Of a stretch of 64,000 nt of DNA, positions 9,973-26,800 are shown in pieces. Each line of letters begins with the position of its first letter. The first letter of the stretch is position 1. The position numbers and the translations under genes were made by a program. The notes beneath the pieces were generated by a model that did no database searches, had not been told where the DNA came from, and saw only the letters and a program-made list of their open reading frames with translations. The DNA is from Entomortierella parvispora E1425 (taxonomy: Eukaryota; Fungi; Mortierellomycota): assembly GCA_020891255.1 (NCBI GenBank), contig BQFW01000001.1:806001-870000 (forward strand), in the 5' to 3' direction.

Positions 9973-12900
9973 TTACAACGCAACGCCAGCTTGTGCGAGA
10001 TACGCTGCAAGATGGCTCTTTGTCTCTGGTTGAAGTTGCATTTGTCCATGTTGAAGCTGTGATTTACAAATCAAAAGAAAAAAAAAAGTTAATAAAAATC
10101 AGCCATCTTTCATCTCCAATAACACAAAAGGCAAAAATAATCTCACAACACTTACTCGACCGGGGAACTGCTGGTTGAAACGGACAATGCCCTCCACCAA
10201 GAACTGCTTGGGGTCTGCAATGGCAGCTGTGGGGTCCAACTTGGCATTGGAGGCTGTGGCCAACTGCGAGAATTGGGCTTGGTAGCCCGATTCTTCAATA
10301 TCGATCGCATACAAGGACTCGTCCTCGGCCGCGTCCGCTGCTGCACCCTTCACATCCTGAGGCGCCTCAAACAGACGAACCAAGGCCGTCATCGTCGCGG
10401 GCCAGACTGCATCAAAATTGGTGCCCTCGGTAATCGTTGTTGATCCTGTCAAAAGTCGGGTCATAGCCACCGCACACGTCTTGCGCTCCACCCGTCCTGA
10501 AATCTTTTGCGTCTCGGTCAGCCAGACAGTCTTCAAAAACTGAACAAAGAGTCCTGGCTGCACTGCCTCAAAGAGGGCCCAGTAGCCGTCGGGACCCATT
10601 CCCTCCTTGTCCAAGGCCATGTAGTAGAATGAAAAGTTGACAAAGCCCTTCTTGAACTTGTCCGTCTTGTGGTTTTGAAGACGCGTCAGCAACACAACCA
10701 AAATGTGCTTCATGTAGTTGGCAAGAGCAGCCCTGATGACAAAGTAATAAAGATGGGTTAATAGTCTGTACCAAAACCCAATGCCCGCTATATGTGCACG
10801 TTCATCCACCACTTGCATCCTCCAAATTTCTCCTCAATAAACGACCCTCACTTACATAGGAACATAGGTGATAATGGCCTGCAACAGGTCGAACGCGTGG
10901 TGGTCATTGAGCTTGGACGAGACCAATTTTTGGAACACACCCAGCATTGGCTCCAGTTGGTTGTTGGCAACAATCCAGTTGGCTCCAGACTTCAGGTATG
11001 CTTGCAAAAGCTTTACCAAGGCAGGAATGTTACCTAACAACACACAGCGTTTAAAACCAACAGGTTAACTTTGAGAAGGGTTGCTTGAATAATAAAACAG
11101 GTCGGCAACCAGCGGGACTTACCCTGCTGAGACCAGAGCACAGGCTGCACCAGTGGTGGAAGCATCTGTTGATAGGAAAGTGGGAGTTCCGCACGTGTGT
11201 TGAAGGACAAAAGCTGCCCCATCAATTGGAAGACATAGGGAGTGAATTCAGTGATGTCTTGCTGCAGAATCACCTGGAATGGCTGGAACAGAAGCGCCTC
11301 GAATTGCTCCGCAGCCTCAGGCGAGGCTTTGCAAATGAATCTGCGGGAAAGAGAAGAATAAAAATCCCGTTAAGAAAAGTTGAACAAGGAGGAACAGTGC
11401 AAAGATTTAAAAAAACAATGTCTTGACTGTACCTGATCAAAGCGCCGATGCTCTCAAATACGTAATGGTTGAACTGCGGGTTGCTGGGATTGGAACTGAC
11501 TGCTTGGACAATAGCTGTCAGACGTGCAAGACAAACATTGACCAAGGGCAACATCTTTTCCCGAACAGTAAGAATCACTCGCATCACGCCTTTCCATGAA
11601 AAAAAAGAAAGAAAAAAAAAGAAAATATTGTCAGCCTAACAAAAAAGAGATGTAGCCATAACAAGAGCAAGGGTCATCTGCGGCGCTCTTACATTTCATG
11701 AGATAGGCGTTTTCGGCGAGCTTCTCCGGCGTTGCGGCCTGCTCAACCAAACGGAAAAGGTTCGAGATCAAGCTCTCCGATAAAGGCGCAATATCGTCAG
11801 ACGAGAACCTTCAAACAGATTAAGAGCAAAAAAAATAGTGTCAGCCCCACTGTAAAGAGTAGAACATTGTACAATCCCAAAAACAACATACATCATAGGT
11901 CCTGTCGATCCAGACACACGCATGAAGAGAATACGTTCGATGCAGATGGCCGAGTAAGTGTAGACAGCAAAGTTGGTGCTTTCGAGATGTCTCACAAGCA
12001 AAGGCAGGGCAGCCATCAACTGCTGCTTCGAGAACTGAGTCCGGAATGTGTACAGGTATTTGATGGCGTCCACTTTGAGAATTGGATGAATAGCTCCAGA
12101 GACTGAGGCATTTAAATCCGGAAGCACATTTTTGTCGAAAAAGTCCAGAATGTCCACCTGGGCGTTTGTCTCGCGAGCGCCAAACTATAGCATATATAGA
12201 ATAGACCACAGATGGTTAAAACTCTGTCTCCTATGTGGTAGAGGACGGCTAAATTATACTGTGATGTCCAATCCTACCTGGGAGCCAACGCTTCGAGCAG
12301 CGATGCTTGTCAAAAGGAAAAGAGCTGCATCCTTATCCTTCCAGTTCTGCGTCACATTAGAGTTGTATCTTTGGAGATAGTTTTGAATGTAGTTTCCGAT
12401 GATGGCTGTGACCTCTGTAGGGAACTGATCCAAAAGTCCACGGACCAATTCCGAGGATGCTCTACGACGTGTCTCGCTGTCAGACCCTTCAAGATCACGT
12501 CTGATGTACTCAATTGGCTCGTCCTCGAACAACTCCTCATCCAGTTCTAGTACCATGATTGATCGTTAGTTAAAATGCATTTTACCCCCCTATCATACTT
12601 GCTGCCTGTTACTTACCTCTGAGACCCATGTTGGGGAGAACGATTTTTTCACAGAGCTGGGAAAGAACTTCGTTCGAGTTGAAGATATCCTTGTGGCGTC
12701 CGCTCTTAACGACGGATGTCAAAAACGCCATTGCCTTACTGACCAACTAAAACATCCAAATGATTTGCTTGTCAGTATATTGCCGAGTTGTGCAAAAAAA
12801 TATCCGATCTTCGTCGCTAGTGATCAACCGAATGACACGTGGCGTACCATATCGTTTCGTCGTTCAAGTCCCAATGTAGTCAACAGGGTCCATGATGTCT

Positions 12901-14327
12901 GAATAAATGTTGGCAGAGCTTCGCCAAAATCCTCCTCGTAGCGCTTGCTATAAATATCAACAATTTCACAGATTGATGTCTTGACCTGGAGAACAGGACC
13001 AGGGGTATCCTCATCCTGGAGACATGAAAAAGTAAGATGTATTAGATGTCATATCGTAAAGGCCAATAGCCACTCCTTCCGTTGATCAATACTTACATCG
13101 CCAGCGAGTTGTGGGTTTTCGTAGACGAAATACTTGAGGAGCAGGTCCAAAAAGGTCTTCAAATGGGTCACAAAGAACTCTGGGATATCGTGGCAATTGA
13201 GATCGTGGTAAATCTCAGTCAAAAGATACAAAGTCTTGAACAGAACACGGAGTTGAGGGATGTTGTTTGCGTTTTGTGAGATCATGCTGTCGGTAGCCTA
13301 TTTTGAAGAGGTTGGAAATAAGTTGGTATCGAGAGCCTGTCGTACTTTTCCGGAACATGTATTCATAGAGTTCTGAATGATCCTTACCAAAAATACTTGA
13401 CGATACGGTTCAGAGAAACTCTCCAGCGCAAGCTTAATTTCCGTGTACAGGTTATCAGAAGGGTAAAGAGGGCGCCATCTAGAATAAGACCAATAGTTGT
13501 CAATATTATCGCGGATTTTCCAGTTGTCCAAGATGATAGCTTCCCCATTATTTTCTGCCTTTGAACTGACCTCGAGAAGATAGAATGGGCGGTTTGCAGA
13601 ATACCGTTGTTGGTTTCAAAGTCATTGGGGTTGAGTTTGCTGACAAGTTCCTAGAAATGGATTGTTTTTTGTCAGTTGAAGATGGTCGCCATGTCACTTT
13701 GGCTATCGCAAGTATATTTCCATGCTTACAGGGACGAGATTCTGCCACTTTTGAGGAAAGTCGCTAGAGGCAATTAGTGTCACTGCCTCGGAGAGTTGGA
13801 CCTGAATCTTGGGTTCAGTGGTAGTCATCAGATCCACAATCCTGCCTTTGATAGCCTCTCTATCCGTCATTGAGATGATGTTGTCGCTCTCATCTTCGTT
13901 CTAGAGATACAAGCATCGAAAAGAATTAGCACTAGGACATGAACCCTCCCGAGCAGCGATTATGCGCAAAGCCGATCGATTGTTAGTACCATCCAATGTC
14001 TGCGAACAAAGTTCTTGAACAGCAAGGCTGCTGGGAAACGGATGCTGTTGAGGTCAAAGGATTTGTTGGCGGCGAGCTGAAGGGCCAGCTGTCCATAGTT
14101 TTGGTTTCGCTCCAGCTTGTTCAGGAAGTCCTCGGCTGTTGAGAACACACCCACGAATAATTGTGACCAAAAATAAAGTTAAAAGCTGCGCGGAGTGAGC
14201 CAGAACAAAGGAAAACAATCAGCGATGCAATCGTACCAGCATGGCGAGTGGCAGGATCCAACGTCTTCTGGAGGTACCCAGCCAGGACCTGCATGTTGGC
14301 GGGGTTGACCTCGATGATGTCGGCCAT
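9973..14327 (-). CDS. CSE1: Exportin-2 / importin-alpha re-exporter (multi-exon)
   Basis: Exons encode MADIIEVNPANMQVLAGYLQKTLDP, IRFPAALLFKNFVRRHW, ELFEDEPIEYIRRDLEGSDSETRRRASSELVRGL, ILKVDAIKYLYTFR, NPSNPQFNHYVFESIGALIR and VFQKLVSSKLNDHHAFDLL, with GT-AG introns. The last exon ends ...LAQAGVAL*. Confidence 0.95.
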
Positions 14328-14339
14328 AGTCGCTTGTTT

Positions 14340-14457
14340 CTGTGGGAGAATTGGATTGTTTGGACATGTCAGCAGCAGTAACAAAACGCGTCAGGGGAAA
14401 AGATGGATCCATGCATTGAGACATGTTCGCGCTTCATTCGAATGAGGTGCTTCTTAC
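14340..14457 (-). promoter_or_regulatory. Probable 5'-UTR intron of CSE1
   Basis: gtaaga donor at 14457, gctgac branch-like motif, and cccacag acceptor at 14340, 12 nt before the ATG. Confidence 0.5.
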
Positions 14458-15544
14458 GGTTAGTTGAGTGAAGAGGGAAAACAGAGGGTGAGGGGAGTCG
14501 AGAGTTGCAAGAGGGAGCAGCAAGTCGGTCCAGTCGAAGGGGCGAGTCCAGCAAGGAGGAAGGAAGGAATGCGGGCTTTCGAATGGAATGAATGCAATGC
14601 AAGTCAAAGGCGGAAAAAAAAAAAAAAAAAAAAAAAAAAAGAAACGCGACCTCGACTCGACTGAACTCGATACCATGCCTCGAATCGAGCAGCCCTCCCT
14701 TCGATCAGGCACCCCCATCCCACGTACAATAGTGACGGACGCCAGTGTACGTAGCGCGCGTCGACGTCATTATGTTTTTTCGATATGTTTTTTTCGATGG
14801 CCGAGATTCTCGGTCAAATAATTATGGAACTGAACACTGACGGACAGACTGGCTGATTCAAACAGCGCGCCAGTGCTCCTCCCCCCGCAGTTCATACATA
14901 ACTGGTGCCTGCCCTGCCCTGACTGACTGACTGCTGACTACAGTATCGAGGATGATCAATGATAGTCATCCGTTTCCGCTTCCGTGTCCGTGTCCGTGAC
15001 CGCATTGGAAGCAAAAGGAAGGACCGACAAAGGTCCAATCATGCCTGCCCTTGCTACTTACCTATCGCCACCACGTATGTATGTGTGTACCTGCTGTGCC
15101 TGCCTCCCTTCTTTTCTGTTCTTCTTCTTTTTCTTCTTCATCATCACTCTTCCTCCGCATCTCTAATCTCACCCTCATCCTTCCGCCCTCCTCCTCTTTA
15201 TAGTCTATTTTCTCACGAAAAACAACGTAAGCCTGGCGTCTTTGACCCTAGACAGGACTGAACTGCCTGGACTGCACTGACTGGACAACGCGACAACCCC
15301 AGGGAATCTGACAAGGACAGGAACAAGCGGATCGCTCTCCTCATCTCTCTTTCTGCAATCGCTGATCGTCTTCTTCTTCTTCTTCTTCTTTACTTTTGCC
15401 TCTTTCTGATCTCGGCTCAGTCCGATTGTCCTCTCTGTTTACTCATTGGACCGCCACCACACAGCGACAAAAAAAAGCTAAAACTCTCGTAGAACCTCAA
15501 CCCCCCCTGACTTGTCAAGACAACCCTACAACAACCCATCAAGC

Positions 15545-18273
15545 ATGGTCAGCGCAACCGTTCCCGTAGAGTCTCACGATCTGAGCCATCAGGTCGAGGT
15601 CCAGCACTCTAACAACGGATCTGACGTCGTTGCTCAGCAACCCGACTCTACTGTTGAGACACCTACACAAGAAAAAAAGACTCCCTCAGCACCAGCAGTC
15701 AACTTCTGGAATGCCCGCAAGGAGACCTTGAAGCCTACGGCCGAGGCCGAGGCCGAAAAGCGTGTCGAGTCAATCATTGAAAACATCAAAGAGGTCACAC
15801 TTGGTAAGCAAAAAATGGCATTTTCTCTCTGTTTTCACCTTCACCACTAGCGCTAGGACATGCTCTAACAATTGGCACCCGACCTTCCGATCAATTTCTC
15901 CTATCAATCAGATTCCACAGACAGCAAGAAGGCGAAAAAGACCAAAAAGTCACAGCCTGCCCTTGCCCTGGATGACACCAACGTCTGGCCCGATCCTAGT
16001 GCATCAGCCGAGAAAGAGGCCAAGCAAGAATCGGCCATCACAGCAGCGCCGATCAGTAAGAAGGACAAGGGCAAGTGGACCCAAGTCACACCCAACATCA
16101 CTCATTCGTCACCTGCCCCTGGAGCCAAGACCCATGACGTCCAGCCCCGCCGTAATAAGAACGCGGGCTCTGAAGTCAAGGCCGCCAATGGCAACGCAAA
16201 CCTTCAGCAGTCAAAGGCCGTCGCAGCCGATGGCAACCCCACACATGTTCGCCGCGCCTCTGTCCCCTCCATCTTTGATGCTGAGCCCTCTCAGAACGGC
16301 TCTTCCTCCACTCGCCCATCACAGTCTCGTCAGAACCATGGCCGCGGTCGTAAGTTGTCAATTGATCGTGTTACTATTTGTTTCTTTTTATACCTTTGAC
16401 TGACCTCGATCCTCTTTTATCCCACTGTCCTTTAGGCGGAGGTAAAGTCAACGGCTCCCGACCCAATTACCGCGCCTCGATTGGCAGCATCGCAAACTTG
16501 GGCCCTATCGATACAGAAGCTCTCAAGCCTTTCATTCTCCAGCAGATGGAATACTACTTTTCTGTTGAGAACTTGTGCAAGGATGTGTACATGCGGACAC
16601 AAATGGACGCCGAGGGTTATGTCCCTCTGTCGCTGGTTGCCAACTTCAACCGCGTCAAGAGTTTGACTACAGACCATGCCCTGATCAAAGAAACCCTCAA
16701 GAACAGCACAGAGATCGAGTTGAAGGGCGATAACATTCGCAAGAAGAGCGACTGGACCATCTGGGTCTTCCCCAAGGAAGGTGGCTCAACCATTCCTTTC
16801 CAGGCTACTCGATCCTCGTTTGTGCCTCCAGTCCGGAGTCCACACCCTGTCATTATTTCTGCGTCTTCTCCTACGAAATCAACAAGCCAGGTTGAGGATG
16901 ACTGGCACGTCAAGCAAAACAAGAACAAGAAGCGCGCATCAATCGCCCATCCCACTCAGCCCAAGGCCACCACCCCCAGCACTGGCGATGATGACGACGA
17001 GGTCTTCCAATTTGATGATGATACTCTTCTCGGCAGCACGCGCTCTGGCACTGTCCAAAAATACTATGTCAGCGACGAGGAAGACGAGGACGAGGACGAA
17101 TTTGATGATGACACCGTCGCCAAGATCTTGATTGTCACTCAAAAGAAGCGCGACCGTACTCATGGATCTTTTGAACGCAAGTCGATGCACGATGACATCA
17201 ACGAGATGATCAACGAAGGTCTTTACCACTACGAGCATGATCTTCAGCGCAAGCGCAATAACGGCAGCAACAGCCGTCGAGGAAGTCTTGCCCATTCCCA
17301 CAAGAAGGTTGAGATGATCTCTGAGGAACAATTCGCTGCTCTCACTGGCTCCCAGCCTCGTCCCAGCAGCTTGAGCATGAGCTCCAGCTTTAACCTCAGC
17401 CAGGCCGCCGCCGGCTCCAGCAAGCGCAAGGGCAAGAAGAACAATGCCCCCCGATTCTTCCCGTTGAAGGGTGCCAAGAGCGACAAGGGCGACAAGCCCG
17501 ATTCCCGTCAGCATTTTGCGCAGGCACCCGTGGGATGGGTCTTGGGCGACCAGCCCTTCCTCCAGTCGGACATTGCCCCCCAGTCTATCGGCAACTCTCC
17601 CGCAGGCATGTCCATGGGCTCTCACGCCGAGGCCTCTTTGTTGTCGACGTCATTGGAGGCACCTCATTCATTCCCAGCCTTCCAGCATCCCTCGCACGAG
17701 CTCTTGCACGAGAATGGATTTATTCAGCACAAATACTACAAGTACCACTTCAAGGCTCTCAAGGAACGCAAGCGCCAGGGAGCTGGCCACTCTCAGGAGA
17801 TGAACACGCTCTTCCGCTTCTGGTCCCACTTCCTGCGTGACAACTTTAACAAGAAGATGTATGCCGAGTTCAAGCGTCTGGCGATCGAGGATGCCAATGC
17901 CAACTACCGTTATGGACTTGAGTGTCTCTTCCGATTCTACTCGTATGGATTGGAGAAGAAGTTCCGTCAGGATTTGTTCTTGGACTTTGAAGCCTTGACC
18001 TACTCTGATTTCCAGAATGGACACATGTATGGACTGGAGAAGTTCTGGGCCTACCTCTACTACCGCAAGGACAAGAGCCGTCGCAAGTTGGATGTCATGG
18101 CCGAGTTGAAGCCCCTCTTGGAGCAGTACAAGAGCATTGACGACTTTAAGAACGCACATGGAAACAACTCGAACCCACCCAGCAACAACTACACCGTGCC
18201 TCATCACGCCTCTGGACAGTCAACTCCTTCTGGTCCATCTGGAAGCAGCTCCTCAGCTGTTAACACTCACTAA
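15545..18273 (+). CDS. LARP1: La-related protein with LAM and DM15 domains (LARP1 family)
   Basis: LAM domain [19 protein letters not shown]...[10 protein letters not shown]; DM15 region [49 protein letters not shown]; two 5' introns. Confidence 0.92.
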
Positions 18274-18957
18274 AAAAAGGAGAGCGAGTATTTTCTTTTT
18301 TTCTTCTCACCCTTGCAAATCCACTTTGGACATGTATTGTCCTTGGTCCCAAAAAAATTAGATAAACCAACCCCCTGTATAGTTTCCCAATTTTTTTTTT
18401 TTTTTTCAAAAACACACTCCACTTCGTAACTTTTTCTTTTGTTCCCTTTTTTTTTTTTTTTTTTTTTTCCCCTTGTCTTTGCCTTCTCTTTCTTTTCGCA
18501 AAAGGTGCATTAATACATAAAAAAAAAAACTTTGACAACCAAAAACAAACACGACCTTGAAGTTTTTTTTCGCGTGAAAATGGAAGAAATAAATGAAATG
18601 AATATAGTCACGTGATTGTCCTCCCTGTTTACATTTGCAAACAAGCCACCCAGGCAGGCAACAAAAAAAAAGAAAAAAAAAGTGGCAACAGTGACCACCA
18701 CACAAGAAAGAAGACACTCACATTGCCTTCTCCCTTCCATTCAGCGAGATACCTTTGTGCCCCTGCCCTCCCCATTCATCCATCTCGCTGTCATCCCCCT
18801 TCCCCTTCACCATCTTCCTTCTCCCTCTCCGGTTCTCTTTTTTAATTGAGCCCTCCATTCCCGAGAGATCCTCCTCTTTATTTTTCTATTCTCTTTTTTT
18901 TACCCCATTCAGCAACCCTTCTTCCCCTAAGTTACCCCCATACAGATATAACCAGCC

Positions 18958-22095
<3,138 letters not shown>

Positions 22096-22447
22096 ACGGC
22101 CTTTGTTTCTTTGACCGTCCAGTTCTTATTAGATTATCCCCGACCCTTTTATCACATTGGTCAAATTGTACTATTTTCTTCACTACTTTCACTCGCCATT
22201 TTATCACCCAACCTAGCATTAAAAGAAGAACCGCATTTTTCAAAGTAAACAAATCCCATATGATGTGTGTATAGCAATTAGAGAATGATGTTCAAAGTTC
22301 AAGCAATATCCACCCGCGGTTCATACGATCGAGAAAGAGATTCAGAGCTCCTTGAGAATTGGTGAGAAGTTTTTATTTTTTTGTACACATGTTGAATAGT
22401 CGTCAGGCGACGATTTGATCTTTCTGTTTTGGAAACGGCCACATCGA

Positions 22448-23206
22448 CTATCGTTTCTTGAATCCAAACTTTTTCCGTTCGTAAAAGAGATCTGTCTTGG
22501 ATGATCCAAGGTTGACAATCTTGGGGCAACCGTCTCTCTATTTTGTGAAAAAGTGCCGTAGAAAAACAACGTAGTGTCAGTCAACGCTATCAGCAGAGCA
22601 GTTGTTACTCCAGACAAATGCAAAACATTAAAGATAGAAAAAACAAAGAAAAAAAAAACGTACATCCTTCTCAGCTCTTGTGCAGTTGGCGCAGTAGTAA
22701 GCATCACTGACGCCTGGCGCCCCGCAGATCACACAACGTCCCTGGAATGATCCGTAGTTGCACTCGTCACAGATTCGAACCAATGTCACTGGGCGAACGT
22801 AGCTGTAAATTACAAAATGAGACAAAGGAAGATGGGTTAATATAAATCATTCGAGTGGAAGAGTTGGATTTGTCAGCGCTGACAGCTTCGATATCATGGA
22901 TCTTGGACTCTAAAAGAGTGCATAGAGTAGATAGGACTCTCAAGACAGGCTCTCATTCTACTTACGAATCGCAGATGACACACTTTCCGTCGTCCTTCTC
23001 GCAGACACGACCAATGGCTAGTAGAAGATCGTTACACAAATGAAATTGAAGAAAAAAGAATCAGCATGTCTGTCCAGAGATATTGGCCCTTTCTACTGCA
23101 CCAGATGTCCATGGAGTAGTCCACACAAGCCCTCTCTATGATCCTATGCCATACCAATGCCTGGCTGCTTCCTGCACATGATAAGATCTGGGTGATGTTT
23201 TGACAT
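22448..23206 (-). CDS. RDS3: SF3b subunit PHF5A/Rds3 (4 exons, 110 aa)
   Basis: Spliced product [110 protein letters not shown]. Confidence 0.97.
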
Positions 23207-23865
23207 ATCTAGATCAGAGGGTAAATAAACGGTCGTTAATAACGATGTGACATCTAAGTACTCTCGGGAATAATATAAAACACCGTGCTGAAACACAACT
23301 CCAAGAAAAGGTGGAGAGAACAACTAAGGTGATCCTTATCAAAGTTGCATGAAAGAGATCTCCAAGACTCTGCGCCACCGACAGTGTGAATCGCGCAAAA
23401 AGCATAGATCGCCCTCCAATGAATTCAGGCAGCAACCAATGGTTTGACATTCTGACGTACTGTATGCTGGTTGTCTGCACGGGTTCTGGTCCTATGGAGA
23501 TCTGGTTTGGTCTAATGCAGTCGGTCGGCAGGGTTGTTGGACAAGAGACACAGCGCAGGCATGCAAGGCTCGACATCTTTATGGGAGCAAAGATGACTGC
23601 ACGTGACTTTGAAGGGTGATGACATCACAGCATCCCCGATTGTTGCCTGGATAACAGCGCGAAGGTCGATCAGATGCATGCCAAATTGTAGATGTGCTGC
23701 TCCTCCTTCATTCGCCCTGTTCCTTCCCCTTTTGCAAATCACTCATACCCATCCCACGCGACCCAACGGACGAACCGCTTGCAGACTCTGGAACGACGGG
23801 ACTCTGACTGCTAAACACCACTGAACCCTTAGTCAAGTCAGAAGGGCGAAACCTCCCAGATTGCC

Positions 23866-26800
23866 ATGGACATCCAGTTGAGCCTGCAGGCACATCTCAA
23901 CCATGCCAGTGTTGCCGCCAGTCCCCAGGAGCTATCGGATCACCTTGCAGCCTTCTCTCGTGACTGGAAACAGGAACCGACGCTCGAGCAATTTGATGCT
24001 GGACTGAGTCTCCTGCGTGACCAAAAGTCACCCGCGTCCGTCGAGACCGTGTCGTTGTGGTGGCTAGGATATGTCCAACTCTGCGTGCTGTCGGAACAAA
24101 TTGATACCTTCTCACCCGAGCTCAGCCATGGTAACAGGATCGAATGAAATGAATGGGATTCGGGAACGAATAGTGAGTTGCCTTTGACTCTGATCTGACA
24201 CCATTCTTCTCCCTCGATCGAAAAATGTGTCTATCGCATAGCTCTCTCAAAGGCAGCAGACTCTTTGGCCAACCTCCTTCAAAGCAATTCAGGGACGATT
24301 GTCAAACGTGCAATTCAAGTGAGCGCCTCGATCTACCCTGTCGTATTTCGAATTTGGTATGGAAGCTTCGGCATTGTTGGCAACCGTAGTATGTAGTTGT
24401 TTGGGACGTCATTTAACCATAACCCTCCTTTTGGACATTGTAGCTGCCAGGGCACGGATCAACATGTCAATCTCTGGAATGAATATGCTATCAGGATTAA
24501 GAAACTTGTTCTTGGGCAAAACTTTGGTAGTTCCAATGAGGGAATCCTTATCTCCGTTTGCAAATATATGCAGACTGTAATTCAAACGCAATCCATCAGT
24601 CAACCAAACTCAACACCACGAGAACCTAATGTAAGCTATGACCCTTGCGGATTTGGCACTTTTGTACACCTTGGAGTGATGAAGAGCTCCTCTAAATACG
24701 ACTCTCTGACTCTTTCTGACTCTCTCTATTATGCTCACAGGATGCTTCTCTGGACAAGATTCCACCAAACCACCCCTACCTAATTCGAGACATGCTGCAT
24801 CAGGAAGCGGATCGGTTTCTCGGCGAGATTTTGGCTGTTGTGCAAAGACCCACGGTGTATGTCCAGTATTTTCATGACCGTACACCGACACCCACTGCCT
24901 GCCTTTTGAGCATTCTAATAATTTTCAAATGACTACCACTTATTAGATCGTCGACCGTTGTCACGGCAGTCATCAACCAAACCAGTGTGTTGCAGCGGGC
25001 AAGGCCACAGTTCATGCCCTTTGTCCTCTCAAAATGGACAGCATTTACAAGATCGATACCAGCTCACTTCACACCACTTCAGACAAAGTTTGTTGACAAG
25101 AGCATTCGAATTCAGCTTATATCTCTTGCAAGGTAAGAAGCGAATATATCTACTTCCGCGATGTGATTGCACTCCATCTCAGTTCAGGGTTTAACATTGT
25201 TGTGACCTCCCTTTCTAGAATGCAATTACAAGCGCAGCAATCCGATGCTTTGACAGCCATACTTTCAACCTACGGAATCAGGTTCAGTGGAGGGGCATTG
25301 AGTCGATCGCAGCAGCAACAGCTCTTGCAAAAAGACAGAGACAATGGAGATGACACAAAGAGATCAGGAAAACGATCCAGACCTGCTAACGGAGACGATG
25401 ATATGGACATGAAACGTGCAAAGTCAGAGATTGATGTACATACGCCACCTCCTCAGGGGCCCCCACCACCTCCACCACTGCCCGCTATTCCCCCTGGATT
25501 TGGACAAACACTTCTGGGTCAAATCAATATCACTCAATTGCCTGTACACCACGTCGTCGATATCATCTTTGAGACCCTGGCGGTGAACCCAGTACCTCAT
25601 CTATTCCATTCGTTTTTGGTAAAGTACACTCTCGAAAGCACATCTTTTGATCCTTGGATCGATAGAGGAGTCTGTTCTCACCTTCATTTGATTGGTCTAT
25701 TTTAGTCAACATTACCAAGCATGCCGCTTAAGCATGGACCGCTGCCACTACCACCTCCTGGAGTCGGACCACCCCCACCAGGATTGTTGCATCAGTTTCC
25801 ACCACCACCCATGCCAGGGATGATGCCACCACCACCAGGATTCCTCCCTCCTCCCCCTCATATGCTTCCACCAGGACCAGGAGGACTCATGATAGGTGTT
25901 CAGCAGGAGCCCAAAAGAGAACCCAATCTCGCCAATCTTCAACTTCCTACCGTCGGCAATGAAACTCGTGTCAACACTATTGTCATGGCTCCCAAACACG
26001 CGCCTCTGCGCCTCCCAAGTCGCCCAGTCGTTGTTAAGTCTGAGGCTGTTGTCATTGGAAAGACTGCTGCTCGCAAGGATAGTAGTCCTGAACATGAAAC
26101 CAAGATGGAGATCAAGCTGGCACCTGAAGAATCCCAGCAAAAGCTGAAGCAGGAGACTTTGAAGCTCAAACTTGTTGAATTGGAAACGCCTACAGCCAAC
26201 GCCTCTGGCGGGGACAAGGAAGCAAACCGACACTTGCTGAAGGCGGCTTTCGAGCGTATCTTGGAATCTGAAAATGTGATATCTGTCCCAGGAGCAACCG
26301 GGCGAAAGATGCTGGAGGCTGCCGCTGCAGGACACTCACAGGGAGGAACCTCTTCAAACGCGTTGGTCCCATTTGAAGCTGCAGAGAATGATCACACCAC
26401 CAAGGTAGTGACAAAGGCTGACTGGATGACAATTGTCTCGCGACTACTCACAAGGGCATTCCCCACGGATGCAGATTCGGACAGCTCAGAGCCCAAGATG
26501 AAGCAACGGATGGTTGAGTATATTTGCCAGGACTTTAAGCAGCGGCGGGAGTTGGCTCTCACTTGGTTGCACGAGGAATGGTATTATGACAACCAGACTC
26601 GTCTTCAAGAAGATGGCTCGGAGCGACAACCTCAATATCTATGGTGTCTCTACAAGATTCTGGACGGCATCACTTCTGGAACTACACGACTGGATGCAAA
26701 GGACCGTGGATTGACTCGCTTCCTATTGGAGGTGCCCGAATTGCCGGAAGGCGCCGTGGAAGTAATCCAGCGATACTGCGATGATCCTGATCGCGCACAG

